A stretch of DNA of 64,000 bases, from positions 13,082,001 through 13,146,000 of the forward strand of contig OZ024761.1 of NCBI GenBank assembly GCA_964016885.1, in the 5' to 3' direction. Made by a program: the position numbers and the translations under genes. Positions within the stretch are counted from its first letter, which is position 1. Each line of letters opens with the position of its first letter. The notes beneath the pieces were generated by a model. That model saw only the letters and a program-made list of their open reading frames with translations. It ran no database searches and was not told the origin of the DNA. Below are positions 17,074-30,576 of this stretch, in pieces. Source of the DNA: Eledone cirrhosa. Its lineage: Eukaryota.

Positions 17074-17687
17074 TATATATATATATATATTTAATACAAT
17101 AACAGAGATAGCTTAAAGCTAAACTCTGACTGGTAACCATCTCACTCAACAAACATCAGGTTATATGTTAGTATAAACCCAATTTAAGTGTTTGGGGTGC
17201 TAACTATATGTATTATGTGGAAAGCCAGTTGTATTATTTTATGAGATATAATTAAAGTTAAAATACTACGAATGTGTATATGAAATTAAATAAATACTTA
17301 AATTCAATGTGTCTATAACTACACATGGTTTGTTTTAAAAATCTAAATAATGCACATAAAACTTACTCATCACATTAATAGAGTATACACACATATATAT
17401 ATATATACACATATATAAATGCGTGTGTCTGAGTGTTTGCATGTATGTAATTATATATAAGTATAGATACATATATATATATATATATATCCACAGGTAT
17501 CTATATACATATATAGGTAAACATACATAAATGTATACATAAGCGTATATATATTATTAATTATAATGAAAAATCCGCGAACAACCGGGAGCGCGAATGC
17601 CGGGCTTCTCTATATCTAAGTATATCTATAAATATATATATATATATATATATACCAATATATATATATATGTGTGTATATATATAT

Positions 17688-18063
17688 GCAGCTTTGACTG
17701 CTATTTCTAGCATAAAAAACAAAAACCCGGAATTGGAGAAAATTGAAAAACTTCTTCTTTTCCCCCCTCTAACTTTTCAAACAAAAGAAAATTTTATGTA
17801 AACAAAAACGAAATTTTTCGCAAGAAAGATAACTCTTCCCTGACTTAAATCCAAAATTGGGGTACAAAAAAATTGCGTGTGTGCAATTTAGATACACACT
17901 TATTATTACTAAGTAGTCCTTCTTATTTTGGCTTGTTTTGGGGCCTTTCACTGTTATTTCTAGCAAGTCCTTCCTTTTTCTGTTGTTCTGTATGTATGTA
18001 TGAATAAACATATATATATATGTGTGCGAGTGTGTATATATGTAATACATACAGACAAACACG

Positions 18064-18100
<37 letters not shown>

Positions 18101-18527
18101 CTATATATATACATACATACATATATAGAACACCACAGAAAAAGAAAGGACATGCTAGAAATAGCAGCTATATCCCATAAAATGTGAACAAAGGAAGAAT
18201 ATTTATTAGAAATAGCAGCCAAAGCCCAGAGAACAAGAGAAAAAGGAAGGACTTGCTAGAAATAGCAGTCAAATGTCCACAAACAAGACAAAATAAGAAG
18301 GACTAGCTACTAATAACAAGTCTGTATCTAAACTGCACACCCGCAATTTTTTTGTACCCCAATTTTGGATTTAAGTCAGGGAAGAGTTATCTTTCTTGCG
18401 AAAATTTTCGTTTTTGTTTACATAAAATTTTCTTTTGTTTAAAAAGTTAGTGGAGGAAAAAGAAGAAGTTTTTCAATTTTCTCCTCTTCCGGTTTTTCTT
18501 TTTTATGCTAGAAATAGCAGTCAAAGC
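17688..18527. mobile_element. Long-TIR foldback element (~280-bp arms)
   Basis: gctttgactgctatttctagcataaaaa... mirrored by ...ttttatgctagaaatagcagtcaaagc. Confidence 0.8.
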
Positions 18528-19172
18528 AATATAATATGTATATATATATGTATATTTATATATATATTTATCTATATATAATGTACCCATGGCATTCGCG
18601 GAATGTTCCTTAGAACCTAACTAATAATTATACGTGGAAACCCCTCCATATTCGCGGAATCCTGAATATTTTTCGCGATTCTTTAATGACTTTTTTGTGG
18701 CAATTTATCTTTTTTAACGCTAAATTAATAATAACGATATACCGTATTTGCCGGCCTATTGGACGACCCTTCGCATAAGACATTCCCTGTATTTTTATTT
18801 TATTTTACGTCATACGGTGACGTTTATATGGATTTTTATGAATCACATCCAATATTCGCTCTTCGCGAGTGTTGTAGGAACGGGACTTCCGCGAATAGCG
18901 GGGGACAACTGTATATGAATATATGGTCTAATATATAGTATATTTATATACTTACCAATATATATACACATATATGTACATACACATATATATAATCTAT
19001 GTATATATATATATATATATGCATGCATATATTAATGTACATTCATATCTATATATATATATATATATGTGCACATACATATTTATATATACAAACATGT
19101 TTATGTAAAGCGCTATCTATCTATCTCTCTGTCTGTATCTATATATATATATACATACATACACACACACAC

Positions 19173-19203
<31 letters not shown>

Positions 19204-19228
19204 GTAATATATATATATGTATATATAT

Positions 19229-19273
<45 letters not shown>

Positions 19274-20126
19274 TCACGGTTTATTACACATCAGACCCAG
19301 AGTGAGAGATATGGCTGCGATTTTTAGCAGATTTAGAAACTTCGGTAAACGGTTTATTTTTTCTTATTCCCGGTACTCTGAACTCGTTTGAAATGACTGG
19401 AGTGAGTTTATAAAAGGGTAAACTGAGATAGTTGCACCGGTAATATAATTAGAGTTACACCGTAATCCCAAAACATAATGTCTTTGGCATTCGTTGTAAG
19501 AGGTAACATTTTTTATGCCGTCTGTCTTCGTGTATAACTGTAGATTAACTTCCTTTGTTTATATAACATGTTGTCAACATGCATATTATTACTATATACT
19601 TTCACACACACTTACATACATTACATTTATACACATATAGGATTTCATTATTAATCTTGGATTCTTTCTAATGAGAAGTGTTAGAAATAATAAGTCAAGT
19701 CAAAGCATATATAACAAGAGTATATAATAGTTTTCTCCACTTTATTCAGATTCAAACGTTTTAAACAAAGAAACATGATAGTAAAAGAAATATATTTAAT
19801 ATCATAACATATAATATTTCAGGTAGGATGGTCGTTTCTGTTGTCTTCCACATCTAGTTGTAGATTCGTCATGTTCAGTGAATGTCCTCTCCAGCCTTAA
19901 TTATGTTGTCGATGTAAGCATAAGTTTAATTTCTTCTAAAGTGAAATGCAATACCTGAGATAACCTTCTTTGTGGTACATTTATTAGCTTTAATTCATGT
20001 TTACACTCCTTGTAATAATTCGTACGATTTTTACTTTAGTTGAGACATATACAGAAAAATATTTGTGGCTTTAGATCATCTATATTTATTTTATATATAT
20101 GAGTATAAATATACTCGTTTTTCCTG

Positions 20127-20570
20127 TCACACCGAGCTAAACCTGATCATCAAACAGACCCTGGCTCGGGTTAATATCTCCACAATTCTGGAACCAGTTG
20201 GTTTATCCAGAAGTGATGGGAAGAGACCAGACGTTCTTACCCTTTGTCCCTGGGTGTGAGGTAGATGTCTCATCTGGGACGTCACAGTCAGTGAATCTTT
20301 TGCCCCCTCCCACATCATGAAAGCTGTTGTGAATGCGGGGGTTACCGCTTCCACTGCCGAACAGAATAAAATTTTGAAATACCAGGACTTATCAAACAAT
20401 TATTTTTTCCAGCCTGTGGCATTCGAGACGTTCGATGGTGTTGGGTCACTGACAGCGAAGTTTTTGTGTTCACTGGCAGCTTGTCTTATTGAGGTTTCAG
20501 GTGATGCCCGTGAGGGTGTCTGGTTATTTCAGCGCCTTAGCCTCGCCATCACTTTGAAATCTATTTCTTA
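20127..20570 (+). mobile_element. Relic restriction-like endonuclease domain of a CRE/R2-group non-LTR retrotransposon
   Basis: H..LN.IIK..L...EPVGLSRSDGKRPD.LTLCPWV*GRCLIWDVTV...AEQNKILKY...FQPVAFETF: PD-(D/E)xK RLE signature with an in-frame stop. Confidence 0.75.
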
Positions 20571-21866
20571 GGTTGCTTAGATCTACAAACCTTATATCAG
20601 TGTCCCTTCTTTTGATAATTTCTACGGAGTGAATCCTTAACTGGACATTTTATTATGGGTTGTACTTCCCCACCTCACCCATGACAGCGTGAAGCAGAAA
20701 TAGTAAAAACAGGTCCTTGACAGTGAAGTCTAACATGAGTTATGTTGGATTCTAATTGTAGACGTAAAATGTTGAGGTTTATTCAATCTAAGAGAAGAAA
20801 AAGGAATTATAAGTTAAGTGCAAAATTAACGTTTAAAGACAATAAATGTATCTCTCTTTCTCTCTGGTAAAAAAAATCGGCTGTTTTTAGACTAGGGGGG
20901 GGGGGGGATTGACTCAGCCAGGTATAAATGGCCACATGACGGTGATTGCGGCATCCCTACTACAATAGTTAAGTGTCTCTGAAACCCACGCATTTCTGAG
21001 ACTGAAAACCTTACAATGTATTTTTATTTTGGTACTGGAAAATAAAAAATAAAAAATATTAATATTTTTTAATTCACGAGTCAGGAACGAACATTATTCG
21101 ATCATTCCTCGAACTGTTTCGCATTGAAACATATGTAATATGTAATTAAATATGTATATGATATATTTAAATGAATCTATAGATGGGATTTCAAAATCTG
21201 CCAGGAATTAGGAAATAGTGAAATATATATATTTTTTAATTTAAAACTAATTTTCAAAGGAATAATAAAGAGATACAAGACACATCTCCAGTGGGGTTAT
21301 TTCTGAGATTGGAAACCATATCGATGTATTTTGTCAGTGAAAAATTATAGAAAAAATAATATATATATATGTGTGTGTGTATGTTTGATGTAAATGAAAT
21401 TAAAATAAATCTGTATATGGGGTTTCGATACCTACCAGAACTTATGAAACACTAAAATAATTTTTTTTTTTTTTTTTTTTAAATAATGGCATTTATTGTA
21501 TGTGGTTCTTTATTAAATATATTAAATTTGCACAGTAGAATTATGACCGCCTAAAGGCGTTTGGTATCGTAGGTAGTGGTTGTGTATTTAGGTAGTGATG
21601 GTTCGAGTGGAGGGGGAACTAGAAATGTGACGCAGAGGGTACAAAACATTATTTTAATTTTAAAATAAAATTATTTTACACAAGGTAGATTGAAACCCTA
21701 CCTTCAATTTATACATACCTAAACTCTGCACAGATACACCACAACTACCCACACGGCCACCTACAGATCGACAAAGACACATTGAAAATTAGCACACTTA
21801 AAGCTATTTTACTATTTGACTGAAAATAAGTTTATATATATAAATATTGACCAAAGTATTGTGTCA

Positions 21867-21930
21867 GTCTTTGTAGTCCAGTGGTAAGACATAGAACTAG
21901 GGAATGCCGTGGTTGGCTTTCGAATCAACT
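21867..21930 (+). pseudogene. Degenerate tRNA-like head (also at 15203-15265 and 37694-37757)
   Basis: A-box/D-arm TAGTCCAGTGGTAAGAC, T-arm-like GTTGG-CTTTCGAA-TCAAC, TA-rich box ~30 bp upstream, T-rich tract downstream; no acceptor stem. Confidence 0.4.
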
Positions 21931-23658
21931 TATAATTTCATTTCTTTTATTCTCAGGCCGTAGACGAACTTACTTAATTTCAACACGTAGTCATACCATT
22001 TTAAACTTTATTTTCTCTCTCCCGAGACACAGGACAATCGGGAAATAACCTTGTTTCATTTCAAGACGTAGTCACACCATTTTAAACTTTATTTTTCTCT
22101 CTCTCTAAGGCAGTCAGGAAATAAATATACTTGTTTCATTTCAACACGTATTTATACTGTTTAAAACTTTATTTAAAGATAGGACAAAGACACATAAATA
22201 CACTAGGTAGTAACCCCTTGAGGAGGATGTGTGTCCGTTAATATCAAAGTTTCGTTAAATTTAGGGATCATTTTTATGGTTTTTAATGCCCCTTAATAAA
22301 ATACAATATACACATGTACAAGATATGTCAGAAAGAATTATTTTGATTTTATTGTTTTGTCAAACCTTGTGTTTACTCTACACATACACACGTGTGGCCT
22401 AAACACTTGCTCAAATGGGCTTTCCTTTTTCTTTATAGAAATACCTAAACGGAGTTGCATGTACTTAAACATTTGGAAGCCTACATTTTATAGAAAGCCG
22501 CAATGAGGGAGTTCCACGAAGCCGATATTTTCCACGGGAAGGACTGGACATAATGAGAAGTGTCGGGTTTGAGCAGATAAACAAACCGTGACGAGAGAAG
22601 GAGATGCAAAGATGTCGGGAGTGTCTTGGAGGAGGGGCTGACATGAGAGCAGTAAGCTCCGAACAGATGAAATCAGTAATGGAGATGTAATCCTAGCTAT
22701 GTGAAGAATATATGTAACAAACATGTTCTATTAATCTAACAAGTCAAACTACAGTTATACTCAAACTCAGAAGACAAATAAAACTTTACCTCTATCATGC
22801 ATGTCGTTACCAATGTGTTGTTATAGGAAAACCGGTGAAACACTGAATATGCCACCGGTGAAGCGATCTTATATTCTCTCTGCTTCATTGTACAACCCAG
22901 TGACATGAAACTGTGTTCAAATCCCTGGGAGGTAGAATTACGTCGCTTTAAAATAAACACACTGGGTTCAACTTGAATATTGATTTCGTGTGAAAAATAT
23001 ATACTCACACATACACCTATATATATATATTATGAATGTACCCCGAGCTATCAATATTAAAACAATTCTAATGTGCCAATAAAGTTTATATATATTACAA
23101 CAACAGTGTCTTCGGTTTTTCTTACTTTTTTATTCACACTCTACAGCCGCTTTAACTCTGGAATAAAACCAAACACGAGATGGACGTTAACTGCAGTTAC
23201 CCACCAAATTAACACACACACAAATATATATATATACTACAAAAGTTTATGTAAAATTAAATAATAAATACTTAAATTCAATGTATGTATAACTACACAT
23301 ACAATATGTTTTGTTGTAAAAACCTAAAAGATTTAAGAAATGTTGTTAATCGCTTTGTACAGAGAAAAACATTAATTTATGTATATGCATTGTATGTATA
23401 TATACTCCATTTAAGACAACGAATAAACCAGTACCTCCTTTTAAGGAATGCCAAATAGTTTATGCCAGAGGTATACCGGTGTAACACTAATAAGGTTACC
23501 GGTGTAGATATTTCAATTGAACCTTGCTCCAACAAACACCCCGGTAACTTGAAAACAAGTTCAAAACAATTCTGTTTGGAAAATAGTAAACTGTAAACCT
23601 GTTAGAAATAGCAGCCAGAGTTAGTACTTTGGGTACAAGGTGGGACTCGTCTTACCTC

Positions 23659-23718
<60 letters not shown>

Positions 23719-23989
23719 TGTGTAGATTCACGAGTCGTGTCGTAGGGAAACCACAATAAATAAAATGTACTCAATAGACTGGTAGATTATATATATGTAT
23801 ATATAATAAATGTATACATACATATATATACACACAAGCACACACACACATATATATATATATATATGTCTGTGGCTGTATTTGTATATATATATATCAT
23901 TATTAGTTAGGTTCTAAGGAAAATTCTGCGAATAACCGAGGCCTCAAATGCCGGGTTACACTGTATATATATATATTATAGAGATATAT

Positions 23990-24057
<68 letters not shown>

Positions 24058-25499
24058 ATGTATACAGCTTTGACTGCTATTTCTAGCATAAAAACCAAAA
24101 ACCGGAAGAGGAGAAAATTGAAAAACTTCTTCTTTTCCCCCCTCGAACTTTTCAAACCTATTAAAAATCCACAAAATCCTTTTAATATTGTCGTTTTCGT
24201 CCATAGCAAGTGTTGTTTCGAAATAATTTTTGCACCCATTTTTGCGATTAAGTAAAGACAGAGTTATCGTTCTTGAGATTTCGTCCTGGTGAAATTTAAG
24301 GAACTGATGTCGCTAAAGCGTCAACTTATTTACCCGCACTGTTGCATCATGGGAGCGGTTTGGGTTGATTTTTTTTTTAAATAAAAAGGCGAGTTTTTTA
24401 ATTTACTCCTTGCCACCGTGTTTGTTGTTTGATATAAATAAATAAATAAAAGAATTAATTCCATTCCACACCTCCCTGTAATCTGAATATCTAATTACCA
24501 TGGTGTCGGGAGTGGTTAATGTAAACAAAGGGCAATATGTAATCGCTACACCGGCCTCATAATAATTACTATTGTTCTCCTATTTTTCTTCAAAGTGATT
24601 TCGCTTGTTTATTTCATAGAATCATGGCTAATTAATTTAAAGCCACTCACTGACGATCTCCGGCCTCTCACCCTCAGATGTTCTGTCTTCTACAACCCCT
24701 TTTAAAACAATGAAAGGTGCATTCAACGATGTAGATGTGGGTACCTTGATAATCATATAAACACAGGATGGTCACGGCAGGTATACCATCGATTACACAC
24801 ATGTCGGGTCATCTTGTCTTGCTCGTTCAAGACCTGTGAATAAAAGTAAACAACAGCAACACGTCTCTACGTCTACGCTCCACTTGCTAGAAATAGAAGC
24901 CAGGTTTCCTAAGAATTACGGAGGTGAATTAGCTGTGACACATGTAAATACAATCTTTTATATTTTATCTGTGTAGGAAGATATTAACAATGTTTTTACT
25001 TTTGATTATGTATATGTAAATATATGTCTTGATCGCTCAGGTCTGATTTGTCAATGAAAGTAAACAACAGCTACCTTATGAAATTTTCACCATTTAAACC
25101 CCAACAAAATGCATACAGACATATATAAGTATATATATATACTCGAAATTATATATATATACGCCAAATTTTTACACGGGGGACAAACAGTTCCCATAAC
25201 CTGAATAGGTCCTCTGAGAACCGACTTATGTATATAGAATCAATGAGATTCCAGCGTTGACCAATATGTGTATATATGACTATCTAAAATTACATCTTCT
25301 AATGTGTCCTTCATTATTTTAAAACGTGGCGAGCGATAAATATTTGGCTGCTATTTCCAGCAATAATTCTAATGTCACTTTTGTGTGAATATCTCGTAAT
25401 TAGTATATTCTCTTCTAAATCTTTCTTGTTTGTTGGGGCTTGTTTAAGACGTCAGCCCCCGTCGGGCTTGACCCAGCAGAAGTACGAAGGTTGGCTGAC

Positions 25500-25780
25500 T
25501 ATGAAGGACTGATGCAAGAGCTGGGAAATTTTGCATGAATTAATTTCAAGCCTTCTTATTAATAACTGCATTGTTTCTTTCCAAGTAAACTGACATCTGA
25601 CTGTTGAAAGAGTTCTTCAAATGTAATTAGTAATGACCTCTTGAAAATGGACAACATTTGGCATCGTGGTATTATCAAGTACCTGTAGAAAAGGGGTTTA
25701 TCCCCCAAGGACATTCATGTTGACAAGGTTGCTACATTAAGGGATGACACTCCAGCTTTATCAACAATTCAACAGGCTCT
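25500..25780 (+). mobile_element. Mariner 5' relic
   Basis: KGLSPKDIHVDKVATLRDDTPALST resembles a mariner HTH N-terminus. Confidence 0.5.
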
Positions 25781-26389
25781 GGTCCACAATTATTGTCTCT
25801 CCTCCTTCTGCACATTATACCTCTACTACAATGGTCTCTGCTCCTCCCCAACCCTAAATATGCTGTTCCCTCTCTACCTCTACTACAGTGGTCTCTGCTT
25901 CTCCCCAGCCCCTAAATATGCCGTTCTCTCTGCCTATTCTATCTCTACTACTGTAGTCCCTGCTCCTCAGAGGTTGCTGGTCTCCACTGAAACACTCATC
26001 AGTTATGTTGAAAGCCTCTGGTCTATATAGTCACTACATTGAAGACATCCAACTCTGTTTTCTTCAAACCCATCATAACTTAATTCCTCTGCTGCTGTAG
26101 CTGAAACAATGGTTATGTTTTTCACTCACCATGGATACCTTTCCATCCTGTTCTAAGTTACCCTTACCAGTGTCTGTGGAGTCCATTGCTCTACCAATCT
26201 TCCCCCTTCACACGACAATCACCTTCTGTTATTTTTCCCCTTTCAAAAAACCTACAACCATAAGAAACTCCTTGTCCACAGTTCCTGAAAAAGTTTCGGG
26301 ATAAAATAACTGGTGTAAACCTCCTTTGAGATGTAACCTTGTAGGAGGTCAGTGTATATATATATATATGTAAGTGTAAAGAGAGCTGG

Positions 26390-26800
26390 ATGATGATCAA
26401 CGAGATTACAGGAAGGAAGAGAGGGAGTTTGAGTTAGATCTGGGGATAAGAAGAGGCTGGACCATTTTAAGACCCTACTAGGAGAGCCACCTTCGACAGC
26501 CCAGAATACCAGAGATCAGACAGCTGTTTGAGGAACTGGATATTGAGACAGGACCTTCGCCAGAGAGGGGCTTCAGCGAACCAAGAAGATCAAGACCCAT
26601 GGAGAGGCATCAAAAGTGATGAAGGGGTGTGATTTTGATGATATCATCCTGGAGTTCTGTAACCAGGCATTGGAGAAAGTTGCCCTTGATCACTAACATC
26701 ATCTCAGTACCAAAGAAGGGAGATCTTTCTAACATGAACTACAGGGGAATCTCATTGATGTCACTTGTGGCAAAGCCCCTCAACAGAATCCAGCCCGAGA
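26390..26800 (+). mobile_element. Degraded LINE reverse-transcriptase fragment
   Basis: IISVPKKGDLSNMNYRGISLMSLVAK motif; frameshifted. Confidence 0.7.
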
Positions 26801-28472
26801 TGTATATATATATATATTATAAGAATTTTCTGTACTATGGACATATATTGTTTCCTTTATTTAAGTGTTGTGTTTGCACCACCTTAATCCATAAACTTTG
26901 GTGTAAGCAGGATTAAGCACTCTATGTATCCAACAGTGGTATTGGATTGCTTATAACACATTGAAGTATCAGTGTATATATATAGTTTTTTTTTTTTGTC
27001 CCTTTCATTTCATAAAACCAAATACCTAGTTAGCTACAACTACACTGTACTAAACACACACTATATATATACTATGTATGATGATGTCCAAGGATGATTC
27101 AAGTTGGCATTAGTTACATTCTAGAAATATCCCATATTGCTCAATGCACACTCTGAAGGTTTCCTTTTGTCTTCCTCACATGAAACAGAACTATCAGAGT
27201 CATTCTTTTTCACCGATGAATCAAGAACATCATAAAGTTGTACATGAGTTGGCAGTGAATTTTGATTGCTCCACCAAGTCCTATGATAATGAACCTAACT
27301 ACAATATCTCGCAGTTCTAGCATCACTTCTTCAAAGCCAGCCTATGAGCTTTTCAGCTGATCCTCTTTTGTAGAGAAGAATGTTTATATAAATGTAGCTT
27401 TGTGTGTCTGACTAGAGAAGATTTAGTTGTGTTTATTTGACAAGGTAAGTATTTATATATAACTGTATCTATGTGTAAGTCTAGAGTAGGTTTAATTTCT
27501 TAGAAGAGGTATATATAAATGTAGCTTTATATGTTATGTGTGTAGAGAGAGAAGATGTTTTGTTTATTAGACAAAGTAAGTATGTATATATGAATGTAAC
27601 AGAATGCCTTCAGTTCTCTGAATTAAAATCCTGCTGAGGTCAACTTTGCCTTTCATCCATTTGAGGTTGATAAAACAAAGTACCAGTCTAGTATTGAGGT
27701 TGATTCTTCTGTTTCTCTGGAAGAAATCTGCTGTATTCAAACCTGGAGAGGAGATGGGTCTGCCAGGTTTTAAAAAGTGCCCTAGAAATACTGTATGTCA
27801 ATGTGTGGCCTGTATGACTCCCTTAGGAGTTGCAGGTCCATGCATACATGTAACTCTCACAGTTTGGAAGTTCTGCATTCATCACATTGCTCCAGTACTC
27901 ACAGCCGAGGAGTTAGTCCTGTGGTAGACCAGCGTACTATCCAGGGAGAGTCTTGTACTCTCAGACACTTAACACCAAGTAAACTGGTCATAAGCTGAGA
28001 ACAGTCTTTATATATTATACTAAATTTTGGTCTAATCACATATCGATGAAGGAAATCATGGTCTTAAGATGCATATTACCAAAATAGATAATTAGTGATT
28101 GATACTAATTACTAAGATCGATGGTTTGCATTTTTTATTTTCTGTATTAACATAAACATTACTACCTTGAAGTAAATATACTTATTGTTCTGTATATATA
28201 TATGTATTAAATACTAGTAGTTTAAACTTGTTACATATAGAAACGGGATGAAAGTAAGGTAACACGGTCGTGAAAAAGTAATTTCTTTCTGAAAATATTT
28301 CGGAGACGAAGTATAATATTGATAATTATTCGGTAGAGATCTCAACTCTCACCATACGAAATATATTCAGAAAGTGATATTTCTCCACGCCCTCAGTTAT
28401 CTCGTCTTCATTCCGTTTCTATATATATATATTTTTAATAAATAAAATTCTAACTATAAGTATGACTAATTT

Positions 28473-28634
28473 ACTCAGTAGCGTTACGCTCTGTGCATGG
28501 CGCTGCACGTAACGTTTCGGGCTTCGCTGTCGTACTTCGGTATGGCATGACCATTCTATGTGTCTGAAGATCGAATCGTTGCGGCGGCAGCCCGGCTTTA
28601 TGCTGGCCTGCGTCCCCACCTCGCATTGAGTTTT
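28473..28634 (+). ncRNA. Putative structured ncRNA, unknown family, copy 1 (diverged)
   Basis: TATAAG at 28455. Stems GTGCA/TGCAC, TGTCGTAC-TTCG-GTATGGCA, GCAG.CCGGC-TTTAT-GCTGG.CTGC and a terminal ACTCAGT..GCG/CGCATTGAGT pairing; ends in TTTT. GC island in a strongly AT-rich background. Confidence 0.5.
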
Positions 28635-29140
28635 ACTAAAAAATTCGCCGAGAGTTATCGTTTGAATTACTTGCCCCTGATTGGAACTATTCTCGTTTGT
28701 TGTCATTCTTCTTTATTGAGTTAAACTGTTAACATCGTTTGGATTTACTCGTGTAATTTGATAGAATCGGTCTGGATATTATACTAATGGTCAGAGGTAT
28801 GTAATGTTTTATTTGCCGTATATACACTCACAGACATACATTATTCTATATGCCTTTCATCCTTATGGGGTCGATAAAATAAAGTACCAGTAATGCATTG
28901 GATAATTGCTGGCCTTGTGCCAAAAGTAGAAACAATTATTCTATATACGGAAAGATTCTAGAGACGTACATATTGTTTTATTTAAACCTAAATACACACA
29001 CAAAACTAGATTTATATATATAAATGTTCTTGAACTGAGGTAAAATAGCCTCTAATTTACCTATACGAACGCTTTATTTGCCATGTATATTTTAATTCAT
29101 TGCTAAACACTCGAAAATACAGTCTTAGATATATATTAAC

Positions 29141-30576
29141 ATTCTTTAGTGTATGCATTCACCTCTATAATCCATACACTGGAAGAAACGTTTCCTATCT
29201 AGATCAATATACACATATAAAGCTACATTTATATATACACCTTCATTCTTCTAAAGAGGTATGTAATGTTTTAGTTGTCCCTTAAATTCATCGATAAACA
29301 CGTAGTTATTCCTGAGACACAAGAATATATTTCACTACCCTTCATATACTGGAGGAATGTTAGAGACGTATATGTATAATATAACCGTCTTTTTACTAAG
29401 AATAATAACTAAAACCCCTTCATACTCAGGAAAACTAAACATTCTATCTATATACACCGCCTTCTGTCTTATTCATAGTGGTACATTGTTAGAAGTAACT
29501 AACTAAGCCTTCTCTCGACACTATCATTGCATACTTTAAAATCCACTTCTTTATATACTATATTTAGGTTTAATCAATACATATATTGATGATTGGAATC
29601 ATGGTCTTAAGATTACCCAAATCGATACTAACTATTACAAATACAGATCTCTCTAAGGCTATGTTACCTACATATTAATTGTTCTGAAAAGATGCATCAG
29701 TCTTCTCCTCTATGGAGCAGAAACGTGGCCCCTCACAAAGACAATTGACAGCAGTGCCCTGAGGACCATCACGGCCTTACTCTCGTTCAACGCAGTAGCA
29801 CCTGGTCGGCTCTACCCATGATGATGCCGGTCTAGTCTAACAAGAATAGATGTACAAAATACTCGAATATAAGGTGACCCTCCACCCTATCTTATGTCTG
29901 AGAAGTGGGCAAAAATGCGAACCTTATTTACGTAGAATTTGAAGTTGGCGAAAATGGTCCTTGCTACAAAATATTGACTCCCTATATAAGTCAACCCCTG
30001 ACTACATATTCCCTGGCTTCTATTCGTGTATATCCCGTTATATATGTACAAAACACTAGCAGTTCCTTAATGGCTATATATCCCGTTATATTTATATAGA
30101 AAGAAAGCGAGATAACACTCGGAATATGTCGTGTTATCTCGCTTTCTTTCCGTTTCTTTTTTTTTTTAAAAAGAAGGAAAATGTTAGCTATAAGTATGCC
30201 TACTTGACTCTGTAGAATTGCGGCTTGTGCGTGGCGCTGCACGTAGCGTTTCTGGCTTCGCTCTCGTACTTAGGTATGGCATGACCATTCTATGTGTTTG
30301 AAGTTCGAATTGTTGCGGGGGTCGGCCGGGACCACAGCAGGCTGGCTTTATGCTGGCCTGCTCTCCCCCTCGCATGAGTTTTTGCCAAACAATTTGACGA
30401 GAGTTATCTCCCCTTAATTGGAATTATCTGCCCTTTGTTGACATTGAACTACTTCCGGTTTGTGGAACTCTTCTTACTTTGTTGATATTTCTCTTCAGTG
30501 TATGGAAGCTGTAACATCATTCTATTTACTCTGGGACTATTAACGATATCTGTTTGGATTTTATGTTCGTGTAAAG
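29141..30576 (+). repeat. Left arm of 1,436-bp inverted duplication
   Basis: Reverse-complement match to 35774-37209; paired coordinates sum to 66350 at all anchors checked; about 7 substitutions seen by eye. Confidence 0.92.
30206..30383 (+). ncRNA. Putative structured ncRNA, copy 2 (two hairpin-breaking substitutions; possibly decaying)
   Basis: TATAAG at 30189, TTTTT at 30379-30383. Same stems as copy 3 except G>C at 30263 and C>A at 30272 in the UUCG hairpin. Confidence 0.42.

Larger units (their letters stand above)
19290..23640. mobile_element. Diverged unit C, bounded by degenerate ~220-bp inverted termini (foldback/TIR-type composite element)
   Basis: 19305-19505 matches the reverse complement of 23430-23620 (tggctgc.attt.ta.cag.ttta; caccggtaa...gttacaccg; tttggcattc...gaggta). 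Interior is colinear with units A/B. Confidence 0.55.

Noticed and set aside
30220-30300. Local resemblance of the structured element to the U4 5' end, U3 box A and the vault RNA 5' end
   Set aside because: Matches are short and not colinear; the other diagnostic boxes are absent.
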